From: an uncultured Bacteroidales bacterium
GTDB lineage: Bacteria; Bacteroidota; Bacteroidia; Bacteroidales; WCHB1-69
Assembly (NCBI GenBank): GCA_905233585.1
Contig: CAJOFD010000010.1
Location: 3,252 to 67,251 of the forward strand
DNA: 64,000 nt
Reading direction: 5' to 3'
The position numbers and the translations under genes were made by a program. Positions 1 through 8,960 of this stretch are shown piece after piece; position 1 is the first letter of the stretch, and every line of letters starts with the position of its first letter. Under the pieces are notes generated by a model. It saw only the letters and a program-made list of their open reading frames with translations. It searched no databases and was not told the origin of the DNA.

Positions 1-1366
1 GTTGTAATGTTGTTCCTTTTACAATAAGGGTATATGTACTATCAATGGGTGTGTTGTTTATATCGCAAAGATAATAAACGTATTTACTCTCAAAATCAAT
101 GCTTATTTTTTTGTTAAAATAAAAATACGCTATCATGCTCCATTGGTCATGGAGTGTTGTATCTGCATCAATAATTGTATTCTCGGGTAATTTTTCCGAT
201 ATAAGATGAATATCAGCGAGCATTTCTTTGTCTTTTCCAACCTTTCCAGCAAAATACACGTTCAAAACAACAGAAAATATCAATAGGAGTATTGAAAAAA
301 CTTTTCCAACCTGCCTAAATATCTGATGAACATATATCTGCTCCAATGTGGGTTGTATGGCTATTCCCAATGCTATTGCAAATATAGGAAAAACTGTTAT
401 AATGTAGAAGCCGCTTTGTTTTAAACTTATCATCATGGGTAATACACCTGATAAAGTGAGAGCGAAGAAAGTTCCACCAAGTTTGAGATTTGTTCTTTTT
501 AAAGATGGAAGAAGAACGTTTTGTTTGAATGCAATCAGAACAATAATTACAACTAATATCAATGGAACAAGAATTTCTTCAAAAAAACGTAAAACTATAA
601 AAAATCTGTTATCAACAGTTCGTACATTGTTTAGGCTATTGACAACTTGTTCAGACATATACATATCAAAGAAATGTTTTGCTTCCGGATTAAACAGATA
701 AAGTATAAACAAAGGTAAAACAAGAGAAATAAATATACATATACTATCAACTAATGTTGCAGATAATTTGCGTTTATGTAAAAATAAACAATGTAAGAAG
801 GGGAAAACCAATGGATACAAACCTGTAAATCCCTTTGTTAAAAAGGCAAAAAATAACATCAATCCAGACAAAATAACAAAGGGAAATCTAAATTTTCTCA
901 AACTCTTTAGGTAGAGTAATATGGATAGCATAACGAAAATACTCATTGTGTTTTCTAAGACGTTGTTTGTTGCTCCCCAATAAACAAGAGGAATTGTAAT
1001 CCATAATAAAATAACAAACCAAAAATATTTGAAATTTTCTCCAATTTCTTTCCAAATCCCAAACATTAGACTTCCTGTACAAATATAGGTCAATACAGAA
1101 TAAATTTTTGCGATATAAAGATTTTTACTAATTAAGAAAAATGGTGCTTGCAACAAAAAAGCCATTGGAGGTTGTCCCCATGCCCAACGAGTTTGTGTAA
1201 GTTTGGGTGTCCAAAATGAACAAAACCCTTCGGACATATTTTTACTGATAGTAGCATACCACAAACCATCTAAAAACATACCATCTGTAAGAAAATAGGG
1301 AGATATGAGTACAAAAAATAATCCCACCACTAAAAACATTAAGAAAAAATCCTGCTTGCCTTTCAT
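1..1366 (-). CDS. Polytopic membrane glycosyltransferase, ArnT/PMT-like (GT-C fold, family 39/83-like); 3' end runs off window start
   Basis: Not in the ORF track because no stop lies inside the window. Manual translation from the ATG at 1366 gives 455 sense codons with no stop (MKGKQDFFLMFLVVGLFFVLISPYFLTDGMFLDGLWYATISKNMSEGF...). Many hydrophobic helices. The N-terminal D..Y..IS.NM loop resembles the GT39/ArnT family. Confidence 0.6.
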   Translation of the reverse strand, partial: MKGKQDFFLMFLVVGLFFVLISPYFLTDGMFLDGLWYATISKNMSEGFCSFWTPKLTQTRWAWGQPPMAFLLQAPFFLISKNLYIAKIYSVLTYICTGSLMFGIWKEIGENFKYFWFVILLWITIPLVYWGATNNVLENTMSIFVMLSILLYLKSLRKFRFPFVILSGLMLFFAFLTKGFTGLYPLVFPFLHCLFLHKRKLSATLVDSICIFISLVLPLFILYLFNPEAKHFFDMYMSEQVVNSLNNVRTVDNRFFIVLRFFEEILVPLILVVIIVLIAFKQNVLLPSLKRTNLKLGGTFFALTLSGVLPMMISLKQSGFYIITVFPIFAIALGIAIQPTLEQIYVHQIFRQVGKVFSILLLIFSVVLNVYFAGKVGKDKEMLADIHLISEKLPENTIIDADTTLHDQWSMIAYFYFNKKISIDFESKYVYYLCDINNTPIDSTYTLIVKGTTLQ

Positions 1367-1390
1367 TTACACCTTGCGTTTTATGACGTT

Positions 1391-1520
1391 TGACTTATCG
1401 CTTCAGCGTACGGGCAACTCAAGGGAGAAAAAAACGTGGACATTTTCTTATCCACGCCTTAAGGCCCTAGGAATTGCCCGAATTGTTGATAAGTCGTGTC
1501 CACACAAAGCATGGACGTTT
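1391..1520 (-). promoter_or_regulatory. Candidate structured 5' leader / attenuator of the glycosyltransferase gene
   Basis: GC-rich island in an AT-rich spacer. Nested pairings are 1391-1401/1486-1496 (gacttatc/gataagtc core) and 1411-1417/1474-1480 (gggcaa/ttgccc). Hairpin 1435-1440/1451-1456 (cgtgga/tccacg) is followed on the minus strand by U7 (A-run 1428-1434). A second hairpin is 1498-1502/1512-1516. Confidence 0.4.
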
Positions 1521-1667
1521 GCAGGCTTATTCACAACAATTCATTCTTAAAATTTCCTAGGTTTTAAGGCTGTGCTGAACAAATAGCAAACGCTATGATT
1601 AATAATATGTTAGTTTAAATTATATTTCGTTTTTTTACTATTCTTTTTTGAGTGATTTTGTATTTTG

Positions 1668-1675
1668 CAAAAATA
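1668..1675 (-). promoter_or_regulatory. Candidate Bacteroidota -7 box (TATTTTTG) for the leader plus glycosyltransferase transcript
   Basis: Reverse complement of caaaaata matches TAnnTTTG. It would give a leader of about 295 nt. Confidence 0.35.
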
Positions 1676-1722
1676 TAATATTTTTCTATATCTATTTTTA
1701 GGCTATTTTAGAAATTTTATGC

Positions 1723-1730
1723 TACCTTTG
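1723..1730 (+). promoter_or_regulatory. -7 box TACCTTTG upstream of secA
   Basis: Exact TAnnTTTG match 45 nt before the secA ATG. Confidence 0.5.
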
Positions 1731-1774
1731 CATATTTATAGTTAATGATAATAAAGTAAAATAGACCAAAAATT

Positions 1775-4700
1775 ATGGCAAATATATTAAGAAGATTGTT
1801 TGGAACAAAGTCGGATAGGGATATGAAAGAACTGAATCCTATCTTGGCAAAGATACAAGCCGTATATACAAACATTGAACATTTGAGCAATGATCAATTG
1901 AGAGAAAAAACCAATGAGTTTAAACGCAAATTAAAACAAGCGGTTCAAGCCAATGAAATTAGAATAGCGGAACTGAAACAGGAATTGGACACTCATTATG
2001 ATATGGACATTTCCGAAAAAGAAGTTCGCTACAAAGAAATAGATAATTTAGAAGAAGAAAATTATACTATTTCAGAAAATATTCTCAACGAGATACTTCC
2101 GGAGGCCTTTGCCGTGATGAAAGAAACCGCCAAACGGTTTAAAGACAACAAACAAGTGCGGGTTACGGCAACAGATTTTGATAGAAATTTAGCCTCCAAA
2201 CTTGATTGTGTCAATATCGAAGGCGATGAAGCGGTTTACGATAATACATGGGTTGCAGGCGGCAATCCCATCACGTGGGATATGTGTCATTACGATGTGC
2301 AATTGATAGGCGGTATTGTACTTCATCAAGGTAAAATTGCAGAAATGGCAACAGGTGAAGGTAAAACCCTTGTGGCAACATTACCTGTTTATTTGAACGC
2401 ACTCACCGGTCGGGGGGTACATGTGGTTACCGTCAATGACTATTTGGCCAAACGTGACAGTGAATGGATGGGTATGCTGTATCAATTCCACAATCTGAGC
2501 GTAGATTGTATAGACAAACATGAACCCAACTCCGAAGAAAGAAGAAAAGCCTATATGGCTGATATAACCTTTGGTACCAATAATGAATTCGGTTTTGACT
2601 ATTTGAGGGACAATATGGCAAAGAACGAAACGGAACTCGTTCAAAGACAACATAATTATGCCATTGTCGATGAGGTGGACTCTATTTTGATAGACGATGC
2701 CAGAACCCCTCTTATTATTTCCGGTCCCACTCCAAGAGGCGAACAACAGGATTTTGATAAATACAAACCTATTGTTGAAAGATTGTACAATGCCCAACGT
2801 CAATTGGTAAATGTTTTGCTTTCAGATGCTAGAAAATTGATAGCGGAAGGCAATGAGGAAGAAGGCGGAAAATTGTTGTTGCGTGCTTATAGAGGTTTGC
2901 CCAAAACCAAGGCTTTGATTAAATATCTCAGTGAACCAGGTATAAAACAACTGCTCAACAAGACAGAAAGTTTTTATATGGCCGAACAAAACAAAAATAT
3001 GTACATCATTGATGATGAATTGTATTTTGTGATAGAAGAAAAACTGAATTCGGTTGATATTAAAGAAAAAGGTATCAATTTGGTAAGTTCCAATGCCGAA
3101 GAATCCAAATTCTTTATCATTCCCGATATAGGTTCAGAAATAGCCGAATTGGAAAAAGAAAATCTTACGCCCGAAGAAAAACAAGAACGCAAAAACGAAA
3201 TTTACCGCAATTTTTCTGTAGCTTCGGAACGTATTCATACCATCAACCAATTGTTGAAAGCATATACTATGTTTGAAAAAGATGTGGAATATGTTATTAT
3301 AGATGGCAAGGTTAAAATTGTAGATGAACAAACCGGCCGTATAATGGAAGGCAGACGGTATAGCGATGGTTTGCATCAGGCTATAGAAGCCAAAGAAAAT
3401 GTAAAAGTGGAAGCCGCCACGCAAACTTATGCAACCATTACTTTGCAAAATTATTTCCGTATGTATAAAAAATTGGCGGGAATGACAGGTACGGCAGAAA
3501 CAGAAGCAGGTGAATTCTGGAATATTTACAAATTGGATGTGGTAACAATTCCAACCAACAAACCTGTTATCAGAGAAGATAAAGAAGATTTGGTTTATAG
3601 AACCAAAAGAGAAAAATATGGTGCTATTGTTGATGAAATTCTTCGTTTAAATCAGGAAGGTCGTCCTGTTTTAGTGGGTACCACCTCGGTAGAAACCTCA
3701 GAATTGATAAGTAAGATATTGACACAAAGAAAAATAAAACACAATGTTTTGAATGCCAAATATCACAAAAAAGAGGCCGATATTGTTGCCGAGGCAGGTC
3801 GTATGGGTGCGGTAACTATTGCTACCAACATGGCTGGTCGTGGTACCGATATAAAATTGGCGCCCGGTGTCAGAGAATTGGGAGGATTGGCTATTATTGG
3901 TACCGAACGGCACAACTCCCGCCGTGTGGACAGACAGTTGAGAGGGCGTGCCGGACGTCAAGGTGATGCCGGTAGTTCTCAATTCTTTGTGTCTTTGGAA
4001 GATGATTTGATGCGTTTGTTCGGTTCTGATAGAATTGCAAAAGTGATGGACAGACTCGGTTTTACCGATGGAGAAGTTATTCAACATAAAATGATTACCA
4101 ATTCCATAGAACGGGCACAGAAAAAAGTAGAGGAAAACGATTTCGGTATCCGTAAACGTCTTTTGGAATACGATGATGTCATGAACAAACAAAGGGAAAC
4201 CATCTATCGGAAAAGAAGAAATGCCCTAAATGGTGAAAAATTGGCTATTGATATTGCCGAAATGTTTGAAAGCACTTGTTACGATATTGTTGAAACAGGA
4301 CAAAATAACAGGGATTTTGACCAATACAAATTTACTGTCAATTCTACTTTTGCTATGGAATGTCCAACCGATGAACATAGTTTTATGCAGGACAAAACTG
4401 CAAAATTGGCAGAATCGTTGTACGCTGCAACCTACAACAATTACAAACAACATGTTTTGGCAACTTCGGAAAAAGCAATGCCAATTATCAAACGCGTTTA
4501 TCAAGAACAAGGACAACGCTTTGAAAATATTGCTATTCCGGTTACAGATGGCAATAAAACATTGCAGATTATTGCCAATTTGAAACGTTGTTCCGATAAT
4601 GGTGCACGTGAAGTGGCTTTGACCATAGAAAAAAATCTTACCTTGGCAGTAATTGACAATGCTTGGAAAGAACATTTGCGTGCCATGGACGACTTGAAGC

Positions 4701-5050
4701 AATCGGTACAAAATGCAACATACGAACAGAAAGACCCGTTGGTAATTTATAAATTCGAATCTTTCGACCTATTCTCAAATATGTTGAACGATATTTATAA
4801 AGAAATAGTTACATTTTTGAACAATGGGATTATTCCGATAAAAACGGCCGAAAATGTAAAACAAGCACAATTGCCGGAATCAGATGCCAAAAAATTACAA
4901 ACTTCCCGAGAAGAAGTTTCTGCCCGACGTACATCGGCACCTCAACCGACACAACCGATAAAAGTGGAAAAGAAAGTCGGGAGAAATGAACCTTGTCCAT
5001 GCGGTAGCGGAAAAAAATACAAAAATTGTCACGGAAGAGGTGAGTTGTAA
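1775..5050 (+). CDS. secA: Preprotein translocase ATPase SecA
   Basis: 1091-aa ORF. Motor motifs [14 protein letters not shown] and [20 protein letters not shown]-terminal zinc tail [14 protein letters not shown]. Confidence 0.97.
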   Translation: MANILRRLFGTKSDRDMKELNPILAKIQAVYTNIEHLSNDQLREKTNEFKRKLKQAVQANEIRIAELKQELDTHYDMDISEKEVRYKEIDNLEEENYTISENILNEILPEAFAVMKETAKRFKDNKQVRVTATDFDRNLASKLDCVNIEGDEAVYDNTWVAGGNPITWDMCHYDVQLIGGIVLHQGKIAEMATGEGKTLVATLPVYLNALTGRGVHVVTVNDYLAKRDSEWMGMLYQFHNLSVDCIDKHEPNSEERRKAYMADITFGTNNEFGFDYLRDNMAKNETELVQRQHNYAIVDEVDSILIDDARTPLIISGPTPRGEQQDFDKYKPIVERLYNAQRQLVNVLLSDARKLIAEGNEEEGGKLLLRAYRGLPKTKALIKYLSEPGIKQLLNKTESFYMAEQNKNMYIIDDELYFVIEEKLNSVDIKEKGINLVSSNAEESKFFIIPDIGSEIAELEKENLTPEEKQERKNEIYRNFSVASERIHTINQLLKAYTMFEKDVEYVIIDGKVKIVDEQTGRIMEGRRYSDGLHQAIEAKENVKVEAATQTYATITLQNYFRMYKKLAGMTGTAETEAGEFWNIYKLDVVTIPTNKPVIREDKEDLVYRTKREKYGAIVDEILRLNQEGRPVLVGTTSVETSELISKILTQRKIKHNVLNAKYHKKEADIVAEAGRMGAVTIATNMAGRGTDIKLAPGVRELGGLAIIGTERHNSRRVDRQLRGRAGRQGDAGSSQFFVSLEDDLMRLFGSDRIAKVMDRLGFTDGEVIQHKMITNSIERAQKKVEENDFGIRKRLLEYDDVMNKQRETIYRKRRNALNGEKLAIDIAEMFESTCYDIVETGQNNRDFDQYKFTVNSTFAMECPTDEHSFMQDKTAKLAESLYAATYNNYKQHVLATSEKAMPIIKRVYQEQGQRFENIAIPVTDGNKTLQIIANLKRCSDNGAREVALTIEKNLTLAVIDNAWKEHLRAMDDLKQSVQNATYEQKDPLVIYKFESFDLFSNMLNDIYKEIVTFLNNGIIPIKTAENVKQAQLPESDAKKLQTSREEVSARRTSAPQPTQPIKVEKKVGRNEPCPCGSGKKYKNCHGRGEL

Positions 5051-5063
5051 AAAACGAATCTTA

Positions 5064-6164
5064 ATGTCTGTTACCACTGATTTGGTCTCCGACCAACGGG
5101 TGGATAAGGTATGCAATACTCTTTTTGATATGGGGTTTGATGTGTTGTTGCTGGGCAGACGCTACAAAACATCACCTAAACTTGAACAACGGAGATACAA
5201 AACAAAACGTTTGCACCTTTTGTTTAAAAAGGGCAAACTGTTTTATGCCGAAATGAATGTGAGATTGTTTTTCTTTCTCTTGTTTCATCGTGCAGATATT
5301 TTTCATGCCAACGATTTGGATGTTCTCTTGCCTAATGTTATTATCGGCAAACTCAAACATAAACCCATTGTGTATGATAGTCATGAATATTTTACCGAAG
5401 TACCGGAATTGGTCAATCGTCCTAAAGTACAAGCGGTTTGGAAAAAAATAGAACAATTTTGTTTTCCAAAAGTAAATCATGCTTTTACGGTTTGTGAACC
5501 TATTGCGCAGCATTATAGGCAAACTTATCACAAAGATGTAAAAGTAATGAGAAATATTCCTTTTCAACGCATTTATAATAGGGCAAAAACAAAATCGGAA
5601 TTGGGATTGCCTGAAAATAAGGCAATATTGCTTTTACAAGGTACTGGTATCAATATTCATCGGGGAGCAGAAGAATTGGTGGAGGCTATGTCAATGATAG
5701 ATAATGCCTTATTGCTTGTTATCGGTTCGGGTGATGTAGTCGGAAAACTTAAGGAAATGGTTGTGAAACAAAATACAACAGACAAAGTTAGGTTTATGAA
5801 CCGTTTGCCTTTTGAAGATTTGTATAATTATACGGTGTGGGCTGATTTGGGGTTTTCTTTAACAAAAGATATTTGTATAAACTATCGTTATGCTTTGCCT
5901 AACAAATTGTTTGATTTCATTCGGGCAAGAGTGCCTGTTGTATCAAGTCCCAATACTGAAGTTGCCAGTTTGATACAGTATTATAATATAGGATTTATTC
6001 TCCAAGAGGTTACTCCCGAATGTATTGCCGAAGCCGTGAATAATTTGCTGAAAAACAGAAATTTGTTGGAAAAATTCAAATATAATACCATTCAAGCCTC
6101 TCAAGAATTGTCTTGGGAAAACGAAAGTTTGGTTTTACAGGAAACGTATCGACAATATTTATAA
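5064..6164 (+). CDS. Glycosyltransferase, group 1 (GT-B, GT4-like)
   Basis: The track start at 4986 overlaps secA. The first ATG after the secA stop is 5064 (MSVTTDLVSDQRVDKVCNTL...). Two-lobed GT-B layout, with a C-terminal sugar-nucleotide half (LPNKLFDFIRARVPVVSS). Confidence 0.7.
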   Translation: MSVTTDLVSDQRVDKVCNTLFDMGFDVLLLGRRYKTSPKLEQRRYKTKRLHLLFKKGKLFYAEMNVRLFFFLLFHRADIFHANDLDVLLPNVIIGKLKHKPIVYDSHEYFTEVPELVNRPKVQAVWKKIEQFCFPKVNHAFTVCEPIAQHYRQTYHKDVKVMRNIPFQRIYNRAKTKSELGLPENKAILLLQGTGINIHRGAEELVEAMSMIDNALLLVIGSGDVVGKLKEMVVKQNTTDKVRFMNRLPFEDLYNYTVWADLGFSLTKDICINYRYALPNKLFDFIRARVPVVSSPNTEVASLIQYYNIGFILQEVTPECIAEAVNNLLKNRNLLEKFKYNTIQASQELSWENESLVLQETYRQYL

Positions 6165-6197
6165 TTTATTGGAAAAAATTAGAAAAAATTAGAAAAA

Positions 6198-7286
6198 ATG
6201 AAATTTAAAATAGGAGATAAGGTCAAATTTTTAAATGATATTGGTGGGGGGGTGGTTACAAAAATTATTTCTCCGACTATGGTGGAGGTGGCTACAGAAG
6301 ATGATTTTACTTTGCCAATGCTTGTTTCTGAATTGCTGTTTGCCCAAAGCCAAAATTTGAAGGAGTCTGTTTTTAATCAGGATTTCCAAGTCAATGCAGA
6401 TATAAAAAATACTTCGGAACCTGAAGCGAATGAAGATAATTGGGCAGAAATGGAAAAATCGTCCCGTTTGCCGAAATTATCTTCTTTAAATGCCAAACCA
6501 TCAGGTATTTATCTTGCCTATGTGCCTCACGATCAAGTGTGGTTGCTCAAAGATGATATTGATATGTATCTTGTTAATTATACCAATTTTGAGGTCTTAT
6601 ATACTTTGACGGTAAAACAAGATAATCAATATATGAACATTGATTATGGCAATATGCTGCCTCAAACAAAAATGTTGATAAGCACTATCAAACGCGATGA
6701 TTTGGAAAATTTTCTACAAGGTTATGTGCAGATAATGTTTTTCCGTGAACAGGATAAAAATATATATCAGCCTGTTTGTCAGAAATTTAATGTGAAACCT
6801 GTACGCTTTTTCAAAGAAAATTCTTTTATGGCGTGTAATTTTATTGCCGAACGTGCTCTGTTGGTGCAAATAGCGGTTCCAACTGTATTGGAAAGTAATA
6901 TTTTATCCGAAAAAGACGATAATTTGCAAGAACATGCCGTTGTTCAAAAACAAATTGTTGCTCCACCTGCTTTTATTGAAGAATTTCAAACCAAAGAAAG
7001 GGAAGCCGAAATAGATTTGCATATAGAAGCCCTTGTTGAGGAGCATTCTGCGTGGACACGCGAGGAAATTCTCGAAAAACAGAAATCGGTGATTGTTAAA
7101 GCCATAGAAAGTGCTATTGCCGAACATTATCAACGCATAATTTTTATACATGGCGTTGGCAATTTCATTCTTAAAAATGAATTGATTGTCATATTGAAGC
7201 AATATTCCAATCTGCACTATTTTGACGCTTCCATGCAAAAATACGGACGGGGAGCGACAGAGGTACTCATAAAAAAACACGAATGA
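6198..7286 (+). CDS. Smr-domain protein (DUF2027-type N-terminus plus C-terminal Smr/MutS2-like nuclease domain)
   Basis: C-terminal EIDLHIEAL...RIIFIHGVGNFILKNEL...GATEVLI matches the Smr pattern (DLHG...IIHGKG). Confidence 0.7.
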   Translation: MKFKIGDKVKFLNDIGGGVVTKIISPTMVEVATEDDFTLPMLVSELLFAQSQNLKESVFNQDFQVNADIKNTSEPEANEDNWAEMEKSSRLPKLSSLNAKPSGIYLAYVPHDQVWLLKDDIDMYLVNYTNFEVLYTLTVKQDNQYMNIDYGNMLPQTKMLISTIKRDDLENFLQGYVQIMFFREQDKNIYQPVCQKFNVKPVRFFKENSFMACNFIAERALLVQIAVPTVLESNILSEKDDNLQEHAVVQKQIVAPPAFIEEFQTKEREAEIDLHIEALVEEHSAWTREEILEKQKSVIVKAIESAIAEHYQRIIFIHGVGNFILKNELIVILKQYSNLHYFDASMQKYGRGATEVLIKKHE

Positions 7287-7301
7287 AACATTCGTGTTTT
7301 T
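7274..7301. terminator. Bidirectional intrinsic terminator between the convergent Smr and rnfB-like genes
   Basis: Stem acacgaatg/cattcgtgt (7278-7286/7289-7297) flanked by an A-run and a T-run. It overlaps the Smr stop codon. Confidence 0.65.
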
Positions 7302-7328
7302 GGCTAATATGAAAAAAACTTTTATATT

Positions 7329-8105
7329 TTAAGCATTTATAGAATGTATTGCTTTGGCAGGGCAACCTTCTTCACATTTGTGGCAGGCAATACATTTTTC
7401 GTTTATTTGTGCCAAATTGTCGGTTACTTTTATCGCTTCATTTTCGCAATTTTTCACGCATTTCATACAGCCGATACAAGCAGCGGCACAATTTTTCTTG
7501 GCATCAATACCGCGTTCTTTGTTTGCACAAGCCACCCAAACGATGCCTTGTTCTGTCATCGGAACCAAGGCTAACAATTTTCTGGGACAAGTATTTACAC
7601 ATGCACCGCAAGCCACGCATTTTTCCGCATCAACTTCCGGCAAACCCGTGGCAGGGTTGATGCGCAAGGCTCCGAATTTACATGCTTTAGTACAGTCTCC
7701 ACAACCTAAACAGCCATACATACAAGCACTTTCGCCTGCTGTTATCATATTGGCGAAAGCACAGGAGGTGATGGAATCGTATTGCGTTTTTGCCGATGCA
7801 TTTTCACAGGAACCGTTGCAACGCAAAACCAGTCTTTTGGGAGTGGCTACACCCACTTCGCCGCCGAACAATTTTGCGATTTGTTCATTTACAGGTGCTC
7901 CGCCGGCGGGACACATTTTGCCGTTCAAGCCTTTGTTTTTGACAATATTTTCGGCGAAGTTTCTACAGCCGGCAAAACCGCAACCGCCGCAATTGGCTCC
8001 CGGTAACAATTCCGCAACTACAGCAATCATCGGGTCTTCATAAACTTTGAATTTTTGGGCTACAAAATACAAAAGTATAGCGGCTACAATGCCTATTGCT
8101 GCCAA
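7329..8105 (-). CDS. RnfB-like membrane-anchored polyferredoxin (Fe-S cluster domain protein), solitary
   Basis: N-terminal TM helix, then KVYEDP...CGGCGFAGC, then CLGCGDCTKAC, CVACGACVNTCP, CIGCMKCVKNC and CIACHKCEEGCP. TTG start in the track. No rnfCDGEA genes are adjacent. Confidence 0.7.
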   Translation of the reverse strand: MAAIGIVAAILLYFVAQKFKVYEDPMIAVVAELLPGANCGGCGFAGCRNFAENIVKNKGLNGKMCPAGGAPVNEQIAKLFGGEVGVATPKRLVLRCNGSCENASAKTQYDSITSCAFANMITAGESACMYGCLGCGDCTKACKFGALRINPATGLPEVDAEKCVACGACVNTCPRKLLALVPMTEQGIVWVACANKERGIDAKKNCAAACIGCMKCVKNCENEAIKVTDNLAQINEKCIACHKCEEGCPAKAIHSINA

Positions 8106-8142
8106 AACACCTATTCATATAAACTTTCCATTTAAATTTCTG

Positions 8143-8150
8143 CAAAGATA
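8143..8150 (-). promoter_or_regulatory. -7 box TATCTTTG for the rnfB-like gene
   Basis: Reverse complement of caaagata, 38 nt upstream of the TTG start. Confidence 0.45.
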
Positions 8151-8232
8151 AACAAAATATCAATACGATTAAATAGAGAAATAAAACAAAAATTGCAGAA
8201 CCCTTGCGAGTGCATTGTTCCGCTTTGTTTTT

Positions 8233-8262
8233 ACGGACAATGATATTGTCGAAGTGTCCGTG
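8233..8262. repeat. Hairpin ACGGACA...TGTCCGT with nested GACAAT/ATTGTC; related copy at 8791-8804
   Basis: The sequence acggacaatgatattgtcgaagtgtccgt has two alternative stems. With its flank it resembles the reverse complement of 8785-8804 (ACGGACA..CCGT..ATTTTG). Confidence 0.4.
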
Positions 8263-8276
8263 TATTTTGAATGATA

Positions 8277-8314
8277 TTTTGTACGGCTGTCATATTATGG
8301 CAGCCGTTTTTTTT
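8277..8314 (+). terminator. Orphan intrinsic terminator; member E0 of the TTGTA-NGG hairpin family
   Basis: The sequence is ttttgtaCGGCTGTCATattATGGCAGCCGtttttttt, an 11-bp stem with one G:U plus a T8 run. No plus-strand ORF lies upstream of it. Confidence 0.55.
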
Positions 8315-8347
8315 GTTACCTTTCATTTTTTTTGACCTCACCCCCGA

Positions 8348-8370
8348 CCCCTCTCCACTTTGGAGAGGGG
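8348..8370. repeat. GC-rich palindrome CCCCTCTCC-acttt-GGAGAGGGG
   Basis: Perfect 9-bp stem. This sequence type recurs in intergenic regions of many bacteria (REP-like). Confidence 0.5.
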
Positions 8371-8391
8371 AGGATTTTTGGGGAAATGGTA

Positions 8392-8422
8392 TTGTAAGGA
8401 CGCACTGCGTGCGTCCGTTTTT
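8392..8422 (+). repeat. Hairpin family member E1 (ttgtaaGGACGCACtgcGTGCGTCCgttttt)
   Basis: 8-bp perfect stem, 3-nt loop and T-run. It shares the TTGTA.GG / CCG(TTTT) flanks with E0 and E2. Confidence 0.5.
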
Positions 8423-8723
8423 ATAACACTTTCAACAAAATACCCTTAATACCTATGGCTATTCTTTTCCTATGATAGCATACATTAAAAACATGAGAAC
8501 AAAAAATGCGGGTTAGAGTTATTTTCGTACAAAAATGTGAAACTTTGAGCGTAAAAAAACTGCCTGGAAAAATGGGAGGACAAGTTAAGAAACACTAATA
8601 TTTGAAAAATAATTTTGCAATACCAATATTCCAAACCTATGAAACAAATAATGGTGTTGCGGTTTTAGCGAGAAGTTTCCCCATTTTTAGAAAATGTTTC
8701 TACAGCAAGACCTTTTCTTTGCA

Positions 8724-8754
8724 AACCTTTCTTTGGGGTTATCAAAGAAAGGTT
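8724..8754. other. Perfect 12-bp hairpin AACCTTTCTTTG-gggttat-CAAAGAAAGGTT
   Basis: Read directly from the sequence. No T-run follows it on either strand. Confidence 0.5.
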
Positions 8755-8760
8755 GATATA

Positions 8761-8790
8761 TCGGACACATGCAATGTGTCCTTACAAAAT
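8761..8790 (-). repeat. Hairpin family member E2 (minus orientation: ttgtaaGGACACATtgcATGTGTCCga)
   Basis: The reverse complement aligns with E1. Two stem positions differ, and both have compensatory partner changes (G:C to A:T). Confidence 0.5.
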
Positions 8791-8913
8791 ACGGATATGT
8801 CCGTTCTGCCTACCCACATCAAATATATAGGAAGGTGTTTGAAGATAATAGATGTTTTTGCACTGTTTTGCAATATTTTTTGCAATGATTGAAAAAGATA
8901 TGTTTTTTTTTTT

Positions 8914-8921
8914 TATTTTTG
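8914..8921 (+). promoter_or_regulatory. -7 box TATTTTTG upstream of the acyltransferase / ThrC-like pair
   Basis: TAnnTTTG match 40 nt before the ATG at 8961. Confidence 0.45.
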
Positions 8922-8960
8922 CAGATTATATTAATTGTAAATTTTAAAATTTAATATTTT

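Noticed and set aside
1-1366. The ORF track shows no long ORF in the first 1.3 kb. I considered a pseudogene or an alternative genetic code.
   Set aside because: Manual translation of the minus strand from the ATG at 1366 gives an uninterrupted 455-codon reading frame that simply has no stop inside the window. The track ORFs at 435-701, 888-1082 and 1305-1550 are antisense, overlapping or leader artefacts.
2381-4711. Many 60-165-aa ORFs lie antisense to or out of frame with secA. Equivalent shadow ORFs lie inside purL, secDF, nadB, rnfB-like, purM, the 2218-aa gene and others.
   Set aside because: They overlap strongly supported long genes, have biased low-complexity composition and no recognisable motifs. 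These are typical shadow ORFs.
4986-5063. The track start of the glycosyltransferase overlaps secA by 65 nt. The track starts of rnpA (21671), the ferredoxin (40017), the 49580 gene (50323) and the paralog-2 lipoprotein (58446) are similarly extended.
   Set aside because: Downstream ATGs give non-overlapping genes that begin exactly at the conserved N-termini or signal peptides, so I used the shorter models.
8602-8892. A 96-aa ORF in the long non-coding interval.
   Set aside because: It has a non-ATG start, and its sequence spans several hairpin repeats. Its composition is unlike the neighbouring proteins and it has no motif. It is more likely non-coding.
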